Shown: positions 27,562 to 38,226 of the stretch, one piece after another
Numbering within the stretch: position 1 is the stretch's first letter
Layout of the letters: each line of letters begins with the position of its first letter
From: Planctomycetota bacterium
GTDB taxonomy: Bacteria > Planctomycetota > J058
Length of the DNA: 64,000 nt
Direction of reading: 5' to 3'
NCBI GenBank assembly: GCA_050186825.1
Contig: JBFWYD010000026.1
Location: 2,677 to 66,676 of the forward strand
Notes under the pieces: generated by a model
What the model was told of the DNA's origin: nothing
Database searches by the model: none
What the model saw: the letters and a program-made list of their open reading frames with translations, nothing else
Translations under genes and position numbers: made by a program

Positions 27562-28746
27562 ATGGCGAGGATCGTCCTGGTCGAGGACAGCGCCACCACG
27601 CGCGAGCTCCTGGTGGGCACCCTGCGCGCGGAGGGGCACGCGGTCGAGCCCTTCGACGAGGCCGAGGCCGCGCTGGCGACCGTCCAGCGCGACCCGCCCG
27701 ACCTGCTGGTCACCGACGTGGTGCTCCCCGGGATGAGCGGGATCCAGCTCGTCGAGGCGGTGCGGGCGCGGCACCAGCGGCTGGCGCTCCCGATCGTGAT
27801 CGTGAGCTCGCTCGAGGAGACCGACGAGGTCGCGCGCGGCTACGCGGCCGGCGCCGACGACTACCTGCTCAAGCCGCTCCAGCCGGCGGAGCTGAGCGCG
27901 CGGGTGCGCGTGCTCCTGGCCCGGCGCGAGCACGCGCGCGCCGCGGCGCCCGAGGAGCCGCGCTGGCGCCGCTACGAGCTGCTCGAGCAGCTCGGCCGCG
28001 GCGAGTGGGTCATGATCCACCGCGCGCGCCGGCGCGGCGACGGGCTGGAGGTGGTGCTCAAGGCCGTGACCCCAGGGGCGCCGGGGGCGCAGACCCTGCG
28101 GCTGCTGGCCGAGGCGGAGCTGCTCCGCTCGCTGGGGGAGGTGCCGAACCTGGTGCGGGTCCGCGACGTGGGCCAGGACGGCGGCAGCGCCTACTACGCC
28201 ATGCAGTGGGTCCCAGGCGAGACCCTGGCCGCGCGGCTCGAGCGCGAGGGCGCGCTGGCCCCGGGCGCGGCGGCGCGCGTGGGCGGGGACCTGGCCGGCG
28301 CGCTGAGCGGGCTCGCGGAGGAGCGCGTGGTCCACGGCGACGTCAAGCCAACGAACACCGTCGTCACCGAGGAGCAGGGCGTGGTGCTGATCGACTTCGG
28401 CCTCGCCCATCGCAGCGGCCAGGAGGCGGACCACGGGGGCACGCTCCTCTACGTGGCGCCGGAGGTGCTGCGCGGCGCGCCCAGCGAGCCCGCGAGCGAC
28501 GTCTACGGCCTGGGCGTGCTCCTGTTCGAGACCCTGAGCGGGACGCTCCCCTTCGACGCCCGCGGCGATCAGCTCGCGGCCCAGAAGATCGACGGCGCCC
28601 CGCCGGACCTCGGCGCGCTGCTCGCGCGCGACGTCCCCCCGGGGCTGATCGCGGTGGTGGAGAGCTGCCTGGAGGACACGCCCGACAACCGGCCGAGCGC
28701 GGCCGAGGTGGGGCTGGCGCTCCTGCCCTATCGCGGCGGGAGCTGA
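27562..28746 (+). CDS. response-regulator receiver domain fused to a Ser/Thr protein kinase domain
   Basis: REC: IVLVEDS...LLVTDVVLPGMSG...DDYLLKP. Kinase: LGRGEW..., VVLKAV, HGDVKPTN, DFGLA, APE. Confidence 0.85.
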   Translation: MARIVLVEDSATTRELLVGTLRAEGHAVEPFDEAEAALATVQRDPPDLLVTDVVLPGMSGIQLVEAVRARHQRLALPIVIVSSLEETDEVARGYAAGADDYLLKPLQPAELSARVRVLLARREHARAAAPEEPRWRRYELLEQLGRGEWVMIHRARRRGDGLEVVLKAVTPGAPGAQTLRLLAEAELLRSLGEVPNLVRVRDVGQDGGSAYYAMQWVPGETLAARLEREGALAPGAAARVGGDLAGALSGLAEERVVHGDVKPTNTVVTEEQGVVLIDFGLAHRSGQEADHGGTLLYVAPEVLRGAPSEPASDVYGLGVLLFETLSGTLPFDARGDQLAAQKIDGAPPDLGALLARDVPPGLIAVVESCLEDTPDNRPSAAEVGLALLPYRGGS

Positions 28747-29110
28747 GAGCGTCGACGGCTCGATCCGAGGCACGGGCACGGGCACGGGAGGCCGTTGCGA
28801 AAGTGGCTAAGCAGCCTGCGGAGGAGCGCGCGACCCGTGCCCGTGGCACTCGCCTCAGGAGCAACACGGAACAGCAACAGCAACCGGGAACAGAAATCGG
28901 GAGCCGGAGCGGAGGCGAGTCTGCGAGCCGGAGCGGAGGCGAACCGATTTAGCTGATGACAGGCTCGCGCAGCGAGCCGCGGAGAATGGACGCGCGGGGA
29001 CCCATTCCCGGTTGCTGTTGCTGTTGGTGTTCCGTGTTTCTGGCTCTCGGCGACCCCAGTCGTGAGTTTCGCAACGGCCTCACGGGCACGGGCACGGGGA
29101 GCTTCGCTCG
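28744..29110. repeat. intergenic mosaic repeat (copy R3): about 330-bp imperfect palindrome bracketed by direct (CACGGG)3
   Basis: (CACGGG)3 at 28771-28788 and 29081-29098. GGCCGTTGCGAAA (28790-28802) pairs with TTTCGCAACGGCC (29067-29079). 28861-28890 pairs with 29005-29038. Internal GAGCCGGAGCGGAGGCGA x2. Confidence 0.8.
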
Positions 29111-29923
29111 CTACTCCCGCCCGCTCCACTTCTTGCCGGGCATGGCCCGGCCGATCCCGCGCAGGAGCCAGGGGGCGAAGCGCTCGGTGTAGACCAGCGC
29201 CTTCCCGTGCCCCGTGATCACCGCCTCGCGCTCGCGCCGGGCGATCGCCCGGAGCACGTGCTGGGCGCACTCGTCGGCGGGCATCCGCAGCCAGGCGGGG
29301 ATCTTGTCGGCCTTGCCCTCGTGGTGCTGGCCGCGGTTGTCGACCTGGCGGATCTCGCTCTCGATGAACCCGGGGCTGATCAGGGTCACCGCCACGCCGT
29401 CTGGTTGGAGCTCGAGCCGGAGCGAGTCGGCCAGGGCCCGGACCGCGAACTTGCTCATCGAGTAGGGGGCGCCGCCGGGCCGCGCGATCCAGCCGGCCAC
29501 GCTGCCCACCAGCGCCAGACGGCCACGGCTGCGGCGCAGGTCCGGGACCGTGGCCTGCACGGTGCGCAGCACGCCGAACACGTTGGTCTCGAACTGGCGG
29601 CGGAAGTCGTCGAGGGTCAGGTCGCAGACCTGGCCGACGACCCCGAAGCCGGCGTTGGCGACGACCACGTCCAGGCCGCCGAAGGCCTCGCGGGCCACGT
29701 CGGCCGCGGCCTCCAGCTCCCCGTCCTGGGTCACGTCGCAGCGCTGGACCAGGGTCCGGGTCCCCTGGGCCTCGAGCTCCCGGGCCAGGACGGCCAGGCG
29801 GTCCTCGCGGCGGGCCAGCAGGGTCAGCCGGGCCCCCTCGTGGGCGAAGGCCCGGGCCAGGGCGGCCCCGATCCCGGCCGATGCCCCCGTGATCAGGACG
29901 GACTGCTCGTGAAAGCGGCGCAT
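29111..29923 (-). CDS. short-chain dehydrogenase/reductase (SDR)
   Basis: [16 protein letters not shown] motifs. ATG 29923 after GGAGGAG. Confidence 0.9.
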   Translation of the reverse strand: MRRFHEQSVLITGASAGIGAALARAFAHEGARLTLLARREDRLAVLARELEAQGTRTLVQRCDVTQDGELEAAADVAREAFGGLDVVVANAGFGVVGQVCDLTLDDFRRQFETNVFGVLRTVQATVPDLRRSRGRLALVGSVAGWIARPGGAPYSMSKFAVRALADSLRLELQPDGVAVTLISPGFIESEIRQVDNRGQHHEGKADKIPAWLRMPADECAQHVLRAIARREREAVITGHGKALVYTERFAPWLLRGIGRAMPGKKWSGRE

Positions 29924-30055
29924 GGGCTCCTCCGGGCCCGATCGTACCCACCCCTGGGGGCGTCGGAGTCCTTCCCTATCCTGAGTCGATTCGGACCTTC
30001 CCCCCCGGCGGCCCCTGCGGCCCCCGGGCGGGTGGCCTGTTCGTGGGAGGCAAGC

Positions 30056-32686
30056 GTGGCGAAGAAGACGGGAAAGCAGGCACCCGCCAAGAAGGCGCCT
30101 GCCAAGAAGGCGCCCACGAAGAAGGCGCCGGCCAAGAAGAAGGCGCCGGGCAAGAAGGCGCCGGGCAAGAAGGCGCCGGGCAAGAAGGCGCCGGGCAAGA
30201 AGGCGCCCGCCGCGAAGAAGGCGCCCCCCAAGCAGGCGCCCACGAAGAAGGCCGCGGCCAAGAAGGCGCCCGCCAAGAAGGTGGTCACGAAGAAGGCGCC
30301 CGCCAAGAGGGTGGTCACGAAGAAGGCGCCCGCCCCGAAGAAGGCGCCCACCGCGAAGAGAGCGCCCACCGCGAAGATTGCGCCCGCCGCGAAGGCGGTC
30401 GCGAAGAAGGAGGCCCCGGCCAAGAAGGCTCCCCCGCCGAAGGCGGCGCCGCCGGTGAAGGCTCCTGCGGCCAAGACTCCGGCGGCGAAGGCGCCCCCGG
30501 CGAAGGCGCCTCCCTCCGCCGAGCTCTCGCAGCTGCAAGCGCGGCTGAAGGCGGCCGAGGCCGAGGCCGCCACCCAGCGGGCGCGCGCGGCCGAGCACGA
30601 GCAGCACCTCGAGTCGATCCAGGAGGACCTCGAGGCGGTCGAGACGGAGCTCGTCGGCGCGAAGGCGCAGCTCGCCAGCCTCCAGACCCAGCTCGAGAAC
30701 GCGTCCGCCCGCGCCGAGCGGCTCGAGGCGGAGCGCGACGCCCAGGGGCGGCGCGCCGCGGAGCTCGCGCGCGAGCTGAGCGTCGCCCAGGCCGAGCAGG
30801 CGCCGCAGGCCGACCCCGAGGAGCTGGTCCGGCTGCGGGCCGAGCTCGACGCGGCGCGCGTGCGCCAGGCGCAGGCCGAGCGGGCCGCCGCGAGCGCGGC
30901 CCAGGTCGAGGCGCGGGTGGGCGCGCTCGAGGCCGAGCTGCACGCCGCGCACGCCGCGCTCGAGCGCGAGCGGACGGAGCGCGCGGCGGAGACCCTGCGC
31001 GCCCGGCAGGCCGACGACCGGGCCGAGGCCGCCGAGCGGGCCCTGGAGGAGTCGCAGGAGCGCACGACCCAGCGCCTGCGGGCGCTCGAGGACGAGCGGG
31101 TCGAGGTGGACGTGACTCGCACCGCGCTCGAGCGCGAGAGCGCAGCGCGCCAGGAGCTCGAGGGCGAGCTCTTCGGCCGCGAGCGCGAGCTCGAGGTGGT
31201 GCAGGGCGAGCTGCAGCGGGCGCGGGCCGCCCGCGCGGACCTGGAGGAGCGGGCCCAGAGCGCCACGGCGCGGCTGGCCGCCCTGGAGGCCGCGGCGGCC
31301 CGCGCGACCGAGCTCGAGGCCGCGGCGGCGCGGGTGAGCGAGCTCGAGGCCGCGCTGGCCGCCGCGCAGGCCCGGCTGGACGAGGCGGGCGCCAGCGACC
31401 AGCGCCACACCGCGCGCATCGCCGCGCTCGAGGAGGAGCTGAGCGAGCTGCGCACGCGCGCCCACGAGCCGCAGAACGTGGAGGAGCGCCTCTCGGACGC
31501 CGAGCGCCAGTTCGAGTCGCTCCTGGGCCAGGCCCCGGCCGCGTCCGCGGAGCTGATCGCCGAGCGCGACGGGCTGCTGGTCGAGCGCGACGCCCTGCGC
31601 CGCGCGCAGGAGGAGCTCGTGGCCGAGCGCGACGCGGCCCGCGCCGAGCTCGCGGCCCAGCGCGACCGCCTGCTCTCCGAGCGCAACGCGCTGGCCGTCG
31701 AGCGCGAGGACCTGCTCACCGACCGCAGCGCCGCCCTGGGCGAGCGCGACGCGGCCCTGGCCGCGCGCGACGCGGCCCTGAGCGAGCGCGACGCGGCCCA
31801 GGCCGCGCGCGAGGCCCTCGAGGCCCAGCACGCCAGCGCCGCGCAGGACGAGCTCGCGCGGCGGACCCAGGCGGAGCAGCGGGCCGCGATCGAGGCGCGC
31901 ATCGCCGAGGCCGAGTCGCGCGCGCTCGCGGCCGAGCAGGCCCTCTCCCTGGCCCGCACCGCGTCCGCCCAGGAACTGGCCGACCTGCGCTCGCTCGGCG
32001 CCACCGCCGCCGAGGAGCTGAGCACCCTGCGCGCCCGCGCCGCAGCCGCCGAGGAGGCCCTCGCCCGCCACAGCGCCACCGCCGAGGAGGATCTCGCCCG
32101 CCAGCGCGCCGCCCTCGCCGAGCGCGACGCGGCCCAGGCCCGCGCGGCCGCGCTGGAGGCTCGCGCAGCGGAGCTGCAGTCCCGCGCAGCGGAGCTGCAG
32201 TCTCGCGTGGCCGAGCTGCAATCGCGGCCGACTGGACCGGACCCCGCCACGCAGGCGGAGCTGGCCCAATTGCGCGAGGCGCAGCAGCGCGAGCACGAGC
32301 GCGTCCAGGTGCTCGAGGCCCAGCTCCGCGACGCCCTCAACCGCGCCCAGGTCGGCGCGGTCGACCCGGAGCGCGAGGCGGCCCTGCGCCAGTCGTACAT
32401 CACCGAGTTGGGCCGCGTCCGCGAGCAGCTCAGCCTCCAGGTCCAGACCGAGCGCGACCGCGCCAACCAGCTCCAGACCCGCCTCGACGAGACCAAGCGC
32501 GACCTCGTCACCCGCCTCCACACCGCCCAGCAGGCCCAGGCCGATGGCGAGGCCATCCGCGAGCGCCTCGCCGCCGAGCTCGAGGCCCGCGACCAGGAGC
32601 TCTCCACCCTGCGCGCCGAGCAGAGCAAGGAGGAGGAGAAGAAGGGCGGCTCCGGCCTGTGGGGCTTCCTGGGTCGAGGGGGGTGA
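30056..32686 (+). CDS. histone-H1-like Lys/Ala/Pro repeat region fused to a very long coiled coil
   Basis: GTG 30056 after GGGAGG. About 140 aa of KKAPAKKAP repeats, then about 730 aa of heptad-rich Ala/Glu/Arg/Leu sequence including AAELQSR x3. Confidence 0.8.
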   Translation: MAKKTGKQAPAKKAPAKKAPTKKAPAKKKAPGKKAPGKKAPGKKAPGKKAPAAKKAPPKQAPTKKAAAKKAPAKKVVTKKAPAKRVVTKKAPAPKKAPTAKRAPTAKIAPAAKAVAKKEAPAKKAPPPKAAPPVKAPAAKTPAAKAPPAKAPPSAELSQLQARLKAAEAEAATQRARAAEHEQHLESIQEDLEAVETELVGAKAQLASLQTQLENASARAERLEAERDAQGRRAAELARELSVAQAEQAPQADPEELVRLRAELDAARVRQAQAERAAASAAQVEARVGALEAELHAAHAALERERTERAAETLRARQADDRAEAAERALEESQERTTQRLRALEDERVEVDVTRTALERESAARQELEGELFGRERELEVVQGELQRARAARADLEERAQSATARLAALEAAAARATELEAAAARVSELEAALAAAQARLDEAGASDQRHTARIAALEEELSELRTRAHEPQNVEERLSDAERQFESLLGQAPAASAELIAERDGLLVERDALRRAQEELVAERDAARAELAAQRDRLLSERNALAVEREDLLTDRSAALGERDAALAARDAALSERDAAQAAREALEAQHASAAQDELARRTQAEQRAAIEARIAEAESRALAAEQALSLARTASAQELADLRSLGATAAEELSTLRARAAAAEEALARHSATAEEDLARQRAALAERDAAQARAAALEARAAELQSRAAELQSRVAELQSRPTGPDPATQAELAQLREAQQREHERVQVLEAQLRDALNRAQVGAVDPEREAALRQSYITELGRVREQLSLQVQTERDRANQLQTRLDETKRDLVTRLHTAQQAQADGEAIRERLAAELEARDQELSTLRAEQSKEEEKKGGSGLWGFLGRGG

Positions 32687-32823
32687 TGAGCGCGAGGCGG
32701 CCTTCCTGAGCCGCCCGGGCACGGGGCTCGAGCTCGCGGCCAGCGACGTGGCCCCCCTGGCCACCGGCGCCCTGGCCGACCTGTGGGGCGAGGGTGCGGC
32801 CAGGATCGGCCGCTTCTCGCTCG

Positions 32824-34968
32824 TCAGTCGTCGCCCAGGCCGAGCTCGCGCACGCTGACCACCCCCAGCGCGCCGCGCGCGCCGCCGATCGCGAGCGCGC
32901 CCCTGGGGGTGCAGGTCACGCTCACGACCTCGAGCCCCTCCGTCGCGCCGGCGGCGACCTCGCGGCCGGTCTCGAGGTCGAAGGCGCGCCGCTGCGAGCT
33001 GAGGGTGGTGCGGTCGCGGCGGCTCCCGATCACGACCAGGTAGCGCCGGGCGTAGATCGTCGCGGCCCGCGAGGGCACGCCGCTCGGGGACCACAGCTTG
33101 CCGGTGGGGATCTGCTGCTGGGTCAGGCTGCTGCCGACGAAGGGGCGGGCGTGCTCGTCGGTCAGGCCGTAGACGAGCTGGACCATGGTCAGCCCGGCGA
33201 AGAGCTCCCGCGCGTCGGACATGAACCAGTTCAGCGCGCCGATGCGCAGGGGCGAGGTCCAGGGGCGCGGGGCGCCGTCCTCGATCGCGCTGCGAGCCAC
33301 GGAGTCGACCGGGTCCTGCGCCCCGGAGAACAGCCCGTCCTCCCGCCAGCCCAGCCCGCGCACCGGGCCGGCGTGGACCTGGCGCTCCCAGAGCAGGACC
33401 GCGCGCGCCTCGTCCACGCAGAGCACGCGGCCGTCCTGGAGGCCCACCGCCACCCGGCCCTGGGGACCGCGCTCGACGGCGGTGATCCGCGCGTCCTGGA
33501 GCTGGAGCAGCCGCGCGCAGGCCTCCCCCACGCGCAGGTAGAGCCGAGCGACTTGCTCGGAGTCGCGGGTCGCGAGGTAGCGCCCCTCGCGCGAGATCGC
33601 GGTCACGTGCTGCCCCGGCCAGCGCCCGATGGGCCGCAGCTCGCCCTGGGCGTCGAGGATGCCCACCACGCCCGGGGAGCTGTGCTCCTGGGGGCAGCGC
33701 TCGCTGCACAGCTCGACCCACAGGATGCGGGTGGGGTCGAGGGAGAGGCCCCAGGCGAAGTGCGTCGGCTCCTGCAGGCGCCGCGAGAAGGTCACCGCGG
33801 GCGCCCCGCGCAGGGCGGCCGGGAGGCGCGCCGCCACGAGGCCCGAGCGCGCCTCGGGGTGCTCGGCCACGTAGCGCGCGGCGTCGCCGCGCGCGCTCGC
33901 CTCTCCCAACGCCAGCCGCCGCGTCAGGGCCTCGAGGTCTCGCGTGGCCGAGGTCGGCTCGCCGGGGGAGGAGCCGCCAGGGAACGAGCCGCCAGGGGAC
34001 GAGCCGCCGGGTGGGGACGCAGGGATGTCTGGCGAGGCCGCGACCGACGGGTCGGCCCGGGGCGGCGCTGGCGTCCGCCCGGCGAGGGCCGCGGCCGCGA
34101 CCAGGCCCCCCAGGGCGACCGCCGCCCAGGGGAGCAGCCAGGTCCCGCGGGCGCCCCCGCCGTCCCGCGCCTGCTCCAGCGCGGCCGCGAAGGCCCCCGC
34201 GTTCGGGTAGCGCGCGCTCGGGTCGCCGGCCATCGCGCGCCGACACACCGCGGCGACGGCCGGGGGGATCCCGGGCCGCACGCGGCCCGGGTCCGGGCTC
34301 GGGTCGCGCAGGCGGGCGCCGAGGAGCTCGCCGAAGGTGGGCAGCGGGTGGGGGAGGGCCCCGGTCAGGAGCTCGAAGCAGGTCGCGCCCAGCGAGTAGA
34401 CGTCGCAGCTCGGGTCGCGCAGCTTCTCGCCGCGCAGGGCCTCGGGCGCCATGTAGGCCGGCGTCCCCGTCAGGGCCTGCTCGCGGGTGATGGTGCGCAG
34501 GTCGGCGGCCGCGACCAGCCCCAGGTCCGCGACCTTGACCCGCTCGCCCTCGTCGAGGAGGAGGTTGCGGGGCTTCACGTCGCGGTGGATCAGCCCGGCC
34601 GCGTGGAGCGCCCCCAGCCCGCGGGCGGCCTGGAGCGCGAGCTCCGTGGCCTGGCGCCAGTCGAGGCCCTCCTTGACCCGGTCCGCGAGCGTGCGCCCGG
34701 GCAGCAGCTCCGTGATCACGTAGGGGCGACCCGAGACGCTGCCGGCGGAGTGCACGCGCAGGACGTGGGGATGGTCGAGGCGGGCCAGCACCTCCCGCTC
34801 GCGTCGGAAGCGGTCGACCTGCTCGGCGGAGGGCGCGGCGTCGAGCAGGACCTTGATCGCGACGGTGCGCGCCGCCGTCAGGTCCTCCGCCGCGAACACC
34901 TCCGCGGTCGCCCCCGCCCCGACCTTGCGGAGGACTCGGTAGCCGGGGATCGAGAGCGGCGGGTCCAC
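32824..34968 (-). CDS. Ser/Thr protein kinase with TM segment and C-terminal beta-propeller-like domain
   Basis: [31 protein letters not shown] motifs. [21 protein letters not shown]. Start uncertain: GTG 34968 chosen, upstream ATGs are possible. Confidence 0.8.
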   Translation of the reverse strand: MDPPLSIPGYRVLRKVGAGATAEVFAAEDLTAARTVAIKVLLDAAPSAEQVDRFRREREVLARLDHPHVLRVHSAGSVSGRPYVITELLPGRTLADRVKEGLDWRQATELALQAARGLGALHAAGLIHRDVKPRNLLLDEGERVKVADLGLVAAADLRTITREQALTGTPAYMAPEALRGEKLRDPSCDVYSLGATCFELLTGALPHPLPTFGELLGARLRDPSPDPGRVRPGIPPAVAAVCRRAMAGDPSARYPNAGAFAAALEQARDGGGARGTWLLPWAAVALGGLVAAAALAGRTPAPPRADPSVAASPDIPASPPGGSSPGGSFPGGSSPGEPTSATRDLEALTRRLALGEASARGDAARYVAEHPEARSGLVAARLPAALRGAPAVTFSRRLQEPTHFAWGLSLDPTRILWVELCSERCPQEHSSPGVVGILDAQGELRPIGRWPGQHVTAISREGRYLATRDSEQVARLYLRVGEACARLLQLQDARITAVERGPQGRVAVGLQDGRVLCVDEARAVLLWERQVHAGPVRGLGWREDGLFSGAQDPVDSVARSAIEDGAPRPWTSPLRIGALNWFMSDARELFAGLTMVQLVYGLTDEHARPFVGSSLTQQQIPTGKLWSPSGVPSRAATIYARRYLVVIGSRRDRTTLSSQRRAFDLETGREVAAGATEGLEVVSVTCTPRGALAIGGARGALGVVSVRELGLGDD

Positions 34969-35210
34969 GCGAGGAGACGCTAACCCGCCGGGAGGGGGGG
35001 AGGTCGGGTGGCGTGAGGCGGCGACTCGCCCTGGCCCAGCGCCCCTCGGCGCGGCCGGGCCCATGGGCGGCCCCGGGACCAGGCGCCGTGGGCCCCGGCC
35101 CAGGTCGCCCGCTGGCCGGAAACGAGGGTTGCGACCCCAGGCCATCGCCCGTAATATCCGCCGCTTCTCGGCGGGCCTCTGGCCCGTGGCCGGGCGTTGG
35201 AGCATTCAAG

Positions 35211-35534
35211 ATGATCGCTGTGATTCGAGATCGCGGGAAGCAGTACAAGGTCGCCGAGGGCGACGTCCTCGAGATCGACCTGCTCGCGGGCGCCCAGGAT
35301 GGGGCCAAGGTCGAGTTCTCGGACGTGCTGCTGACCTCGGACGGGACCAAGGTCCAGGTCGGCGCGCCCACCGTGGGCGGCGCGAGCGTGGCCGCGACCG
35401 TGGTCGACGCCGAGCACAAGGGCAAGAAGATCGACGTGGTGCACTTCCGCCGCCGCAAGGACAGCATGACCAAGACCGGTCATCGGGCGAAGTACACCCA
35501 CGTCAAGATCGACAAGATCAACGCGGGAGCGTAG
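35211..35534 (+). CDS. rplU: 50S ribosomal protein L21
   Basis: [20 protein letters not shown]...[20 protein letters not shown]. Confidence 0.95.
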   Translation: MIAVIRDRGKQYKVAEGDVLEIDLLAGAQDGAKVEFSDVLLTSDGTKVQVGAPTVGGASVAATVVDAEHKGKKIDVVHFRRRKDSMTKTGHRAKYTHVKIDKINAGA

Positions 35535-35537
35535 GCG

Positions 35538-35813
35538 ATGGCACACAAGAAGGGACAGGGCTCCTCGCGCAACGGGCGCGACAGCAACGCGCAGCGGCGC
35601 GGCGTGAAGCTCTTCGGCGGGCAGCAGGCCAAGGCGGGGAACATCCTCGTCCGGCAGCTCGGCACCGTGTTCCACCCCGGCCGCAACGTCGGCATGGGGA
35701 CGGACTACACGCTGTTCGCGCTGGTGGACGGCAAGGTGGCCTTCGAGACGCGGCGCAAGAAGGGCAAGACCTACAAGCGCGTCAACGTCGACACGGCCGC
35801 GGCCCAGGCCTAG
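35538..35813 (+). CDS. rpmA: 50S ribosomal protein L27
   Basis: [24 protein letters not shown].... Confidence 0.95.
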   Translation: MAHKKGQGSSRNGRDSNAQRRGVKLFGGQQAKAGNILVRQLGTVFHPGRNVGMGTDYTLFALVDGKVAFETRRKKGKTYKRVNVDTAAAQA

Positions 35814-35892
35814 CCGACCAGACGACGGAAACACCCGGGCGGGTCGCGGGGCTCCACCCCCGGCCCGCCCGACCTACGTACGGGGCGACGAC

Positions 35893-36951
35893 GTGTTCGT
35901 GGATCGCGTGCTGATCGTGGCCAAGGCCGGGCGGGGAGGGGACGGCTGCGTCTCCTTCCGCCACGAGGCCTTCCGCCCCAAGGGGGGCCCGGACGGCGGG
36001 GACGGAGGGGACGGCGGGTCGGTGATCCTCGAGGCCACCACCCACCGCGCGAGCCTCCAGCACCTCACCTCGCAGGTCCACTACAAGGCCAAGAGCGGGG
36101 AGCAGGGGCGCGGGAGGCACCAGACCGGGAAGCGCGGGGCGTCCCTGACCGTCGAGGTCCCGCCCGGCACCCTGGTCTACGCCCTGGCCGAAGGGGAGAC
36201 CCGGCCCCCCGAGGGCGCCGTCCCGCTCGTGGACATGATCGAGCCGGGCCAGCGCTTCGTCCTGGCCCGCGGGGGCAAGGCGGGGCGGGGCAACACCTCC
36301 TTCGCGACCTCGATCAATCAGGCCCCCCGTGAGGCCACGCAGGGCGAGCCGGGCCAGGAGGGGCGCTTCGCCTTCGAGCTCAAGCTCATCGCCGAGGTCG
36401 GGATCGTCGGCCTGCCCAACGCCGGCAAGTCCACGTTCATCTCGCGGGTCTCGGCCGCGCGCCCCAAGATCGCCAACTACCCCTTCACCACCGTCGTCCC
36501 GAACCTCGGCGTCGCGACCCTCGGCGACCGGCAGGTGGTGCTGGCCGACATCCCCGGGCTGATCGAGGGGGCGAGCCAGGGCAAGGGCCTCGGCGACGAC
36601 TTCCTGCGCCATGTCGAGCGCACCCGCGCGCTGCTGCACCTGATCGACGCCACCGGGGAGGAGCTGGGCGGGCTGGCGCCCGTCGACGCCTACCGGACGA
36701 TCCGCGCCGAGCTCGCGAGCTACAAGCGCGCCAACCTCGAGGGCCGCCCCGAGCTGGTCGCCCTGAACAAGGTGGACTCCCTGGACCCAGCCGAGGCGAC
36801 GCGTCGGGCGCGGGTCCTCTCCGACAGCATCGGGCGCCCCGTCCTCCAGCTCTCGGCCGTGAGCGGCGCAGGCTGCCAGGAGGTGCTCGAGGCCCTGGCC
36901 CGGCTGCTCGACGACCTGGATGCCCCCGACGCTCCGCAAGGACTGCTGTAG
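35893..36951 (+). CDS. obg: GTPase Obg/CgtA
   Basis: MFVDRV...AGRGGDGCVSFRHE...GGPDGGDGGDGG. G motifs GLPNAGKST, DIPGLIEGA, NKVD. Confidence 0.95.
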   Translation: MFVDRVLIVAKAGRGGDGCVSFRHEAFRPKGGPDGGDGGDGGSVILEATTHRASLQHLTSQVHYKAKSGEQGRGRHQTGKRGASLTVEVPPGTLVYALAEGETRPPEGAVPLVDMIEPGQRFVLARGGKAGRGNTSFATSINQAPREATQGEPGQEGRFAFELKLIAEVGIVGLPNAGKSTFISRVSAARPKIANYPFTTVVPNLGVATLGDRQVVLADIPGLIEGASQGKGLGDDFLRHVERTRALLHLIDATGEELGGLAPVDAYRTIRAELASYKRANLEGRPELVALNKVDSLDPAEATRRARVLSDSIGRPVLQLSAVSGAGCQEVLEALARLLDDLDAPDAPQGLL

Positions 36952-37023
36952 CTGGCGTCATGGCGCGCCCCGGCCGGGCTGGGTAACTTTGAGCCGGACC
37001 CCCCCGGAGCGGAGAGAGAGCCC

Positions 37024-38139
37024 GTGGACTTCCACAACCTGCTCGCCAAGATGGTCAAGGCCCGCGCCTCGGACCTCTTCATCAAGGTCGGCAGCCCGCC
37101 CTCCATGCGCATCGACGGGCGGATCCGCTTCCTCCAGGGGGAGCCGACCTCGACCGAAGAAGCCAAGCAGATGCTGTTCACGATCCTCAAGCCGCAGGGG
37201 CTCAAGAACCCCCTCGACGGCTCGGGGCGGCTTCGCAAGGAGATCGACATCGCCTACGACCTGCCCAAGGTCGGCCGCTTCCGCGTGAGCATCTCCAGCC
37301 AGCGCGGCTACCTGTTCTTCGTGATGCGAACCGTCAACCGGGCGGCCTTCACCTTCGAGGACCTCTGCCTGCCGCGCGAGCAGCTGGAGAAGCTGGCCTC
37401 GGTGAACCGCGGCCTGGTGCTCGTGACGGGCGTGACCGGCTCGGGCAAGAGCTCGACCCTCGCCGCGATGGTGAACTTCATCAACGAGCAGATGAACAAG
37501 CACATCATCACGATCGAGGACCCGATCGAGTACGTGTACAAGGACAAGCGCTCGATCATCACGCAGCGCGAGGTCGGGGCCGACACGAGCAGCTTCCCCA
37601 GCGCCATCCGCGCCGCCATGCGTCAGTCGCCCGACGTGCTGATGATCGGTGAGATGCGCGACCTCGAGACGATGGCCGCCTCGATCCACGCGGCCGAGAC
37701 CGGCCACCTCGTGTTCTCGACCCTGCACACGGTCAACGCCCAGCAGACGGTCGAGCGCATCATCAACTACTTCCCGCCGCACCAGCACGAGCTCATCCGC
37801 ATGCAGCTCTCGATGGTGCTCGAGGGCGTGGTCGCGCAGCGCCTCGGCCCCAAGAAGGGCGGCACCGGCCGCGTCCCGGCCGTGGAGCTGATGCTCAAGT
37901 CGCCGAGCATCAAGGACATGCTCCGCGAGGGCCGCACGACCGAGCTCTACAAGTGCATGGCCGAGTCGGAGTACTACGGCTGCATGACCTTCAACCAGTC
38001 GATCAAGAAGCTCTACCAGGACGACCTGCTCTCGCTCGAGGACGCGATGAAGCTGGCCGACAACCCCGACGAGCTGAAGATGGAGCTGCGCGGCATCATG
38101 AAGGGCGCGCGCGCCACCGACTTCGACTTCAACTTCTGA
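37024..38139 (+). CDS. pilT: PilT/PilU-family type IV pilus retraction ATPase
   Basis: Walker A GVTGSGKSST, Walker B VLMIGEMRD, AETGHLVFSTLHT. Confidence 0.9.
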   Translation: MDFHNLLAKMVKARASDLFIKVGSPPSMRIDGRIRFLQGEPTSTEEAKQMLFTILKPQGLKNPLDGSGRLRKEIDIAYDLPKVGRFRVSISSQRGYLFFVMRTVNRAAFTFEDLCLPREQLEKLASVNRGLVLVTGVTGSGKSSTLAAMVNFINEQMNKHIITIEDPIEYVYKDKRSIITQREVGADTSSFPSAIRAAMRQSPDVLMIGEMRDLETMAASIHAAETGHLVFSTLHTVNAQQTVERIINYFPPHQHELIRMQLSMVLEGVVAQRLGPKKGGTGRVPAVELMLKSPSIKDMLREGRTTELYKCMAESEYYGCMTFNQSIKKLYQDDLLSLEDAMKLADNPDELKMELRGIMKGARATDFDFNF

Positions 38140-38224
38140 CGAGAAGGACGCGGCTTTCGAGGGGCGTGTCCGGATTGGTTGGAGGTCCAGGACAGGGCTC
38201 GAAAGCCGCGTCCTTCTCGTCAGA
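38135..38224. repeat. perfect 27-bp inverted repeat (36-nt loop) that includes the pilT stop codon; terminator or tiny MITE-like unit
   Basis: TCTGACGAGAAGGACGCGGCTTTCGAG (38135-38161) is the exact reverse complement of 38198-38224. Confidence 0.8.
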
Positions 38225-38226
38225 AG

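Noticed and set aside
29111-35473. 2120-aa minus-strand ORF, and similar giants at 50363..55006, 47959..52743, 11038..13713, 3372..6623 (upstream part) and 23265..26858 (upstream part).
   Set aside because: They run antisense to, or out of frame with, genes that have clear motifs. They are Arg/Ala/Gly/Pro-rich, as expected for stop-poor frames in very GC-rich DNA. Only the motif-bearing segments (SDR at 29111..29923, the SSB-tip protein at 23265..23939, and so on) were kept.
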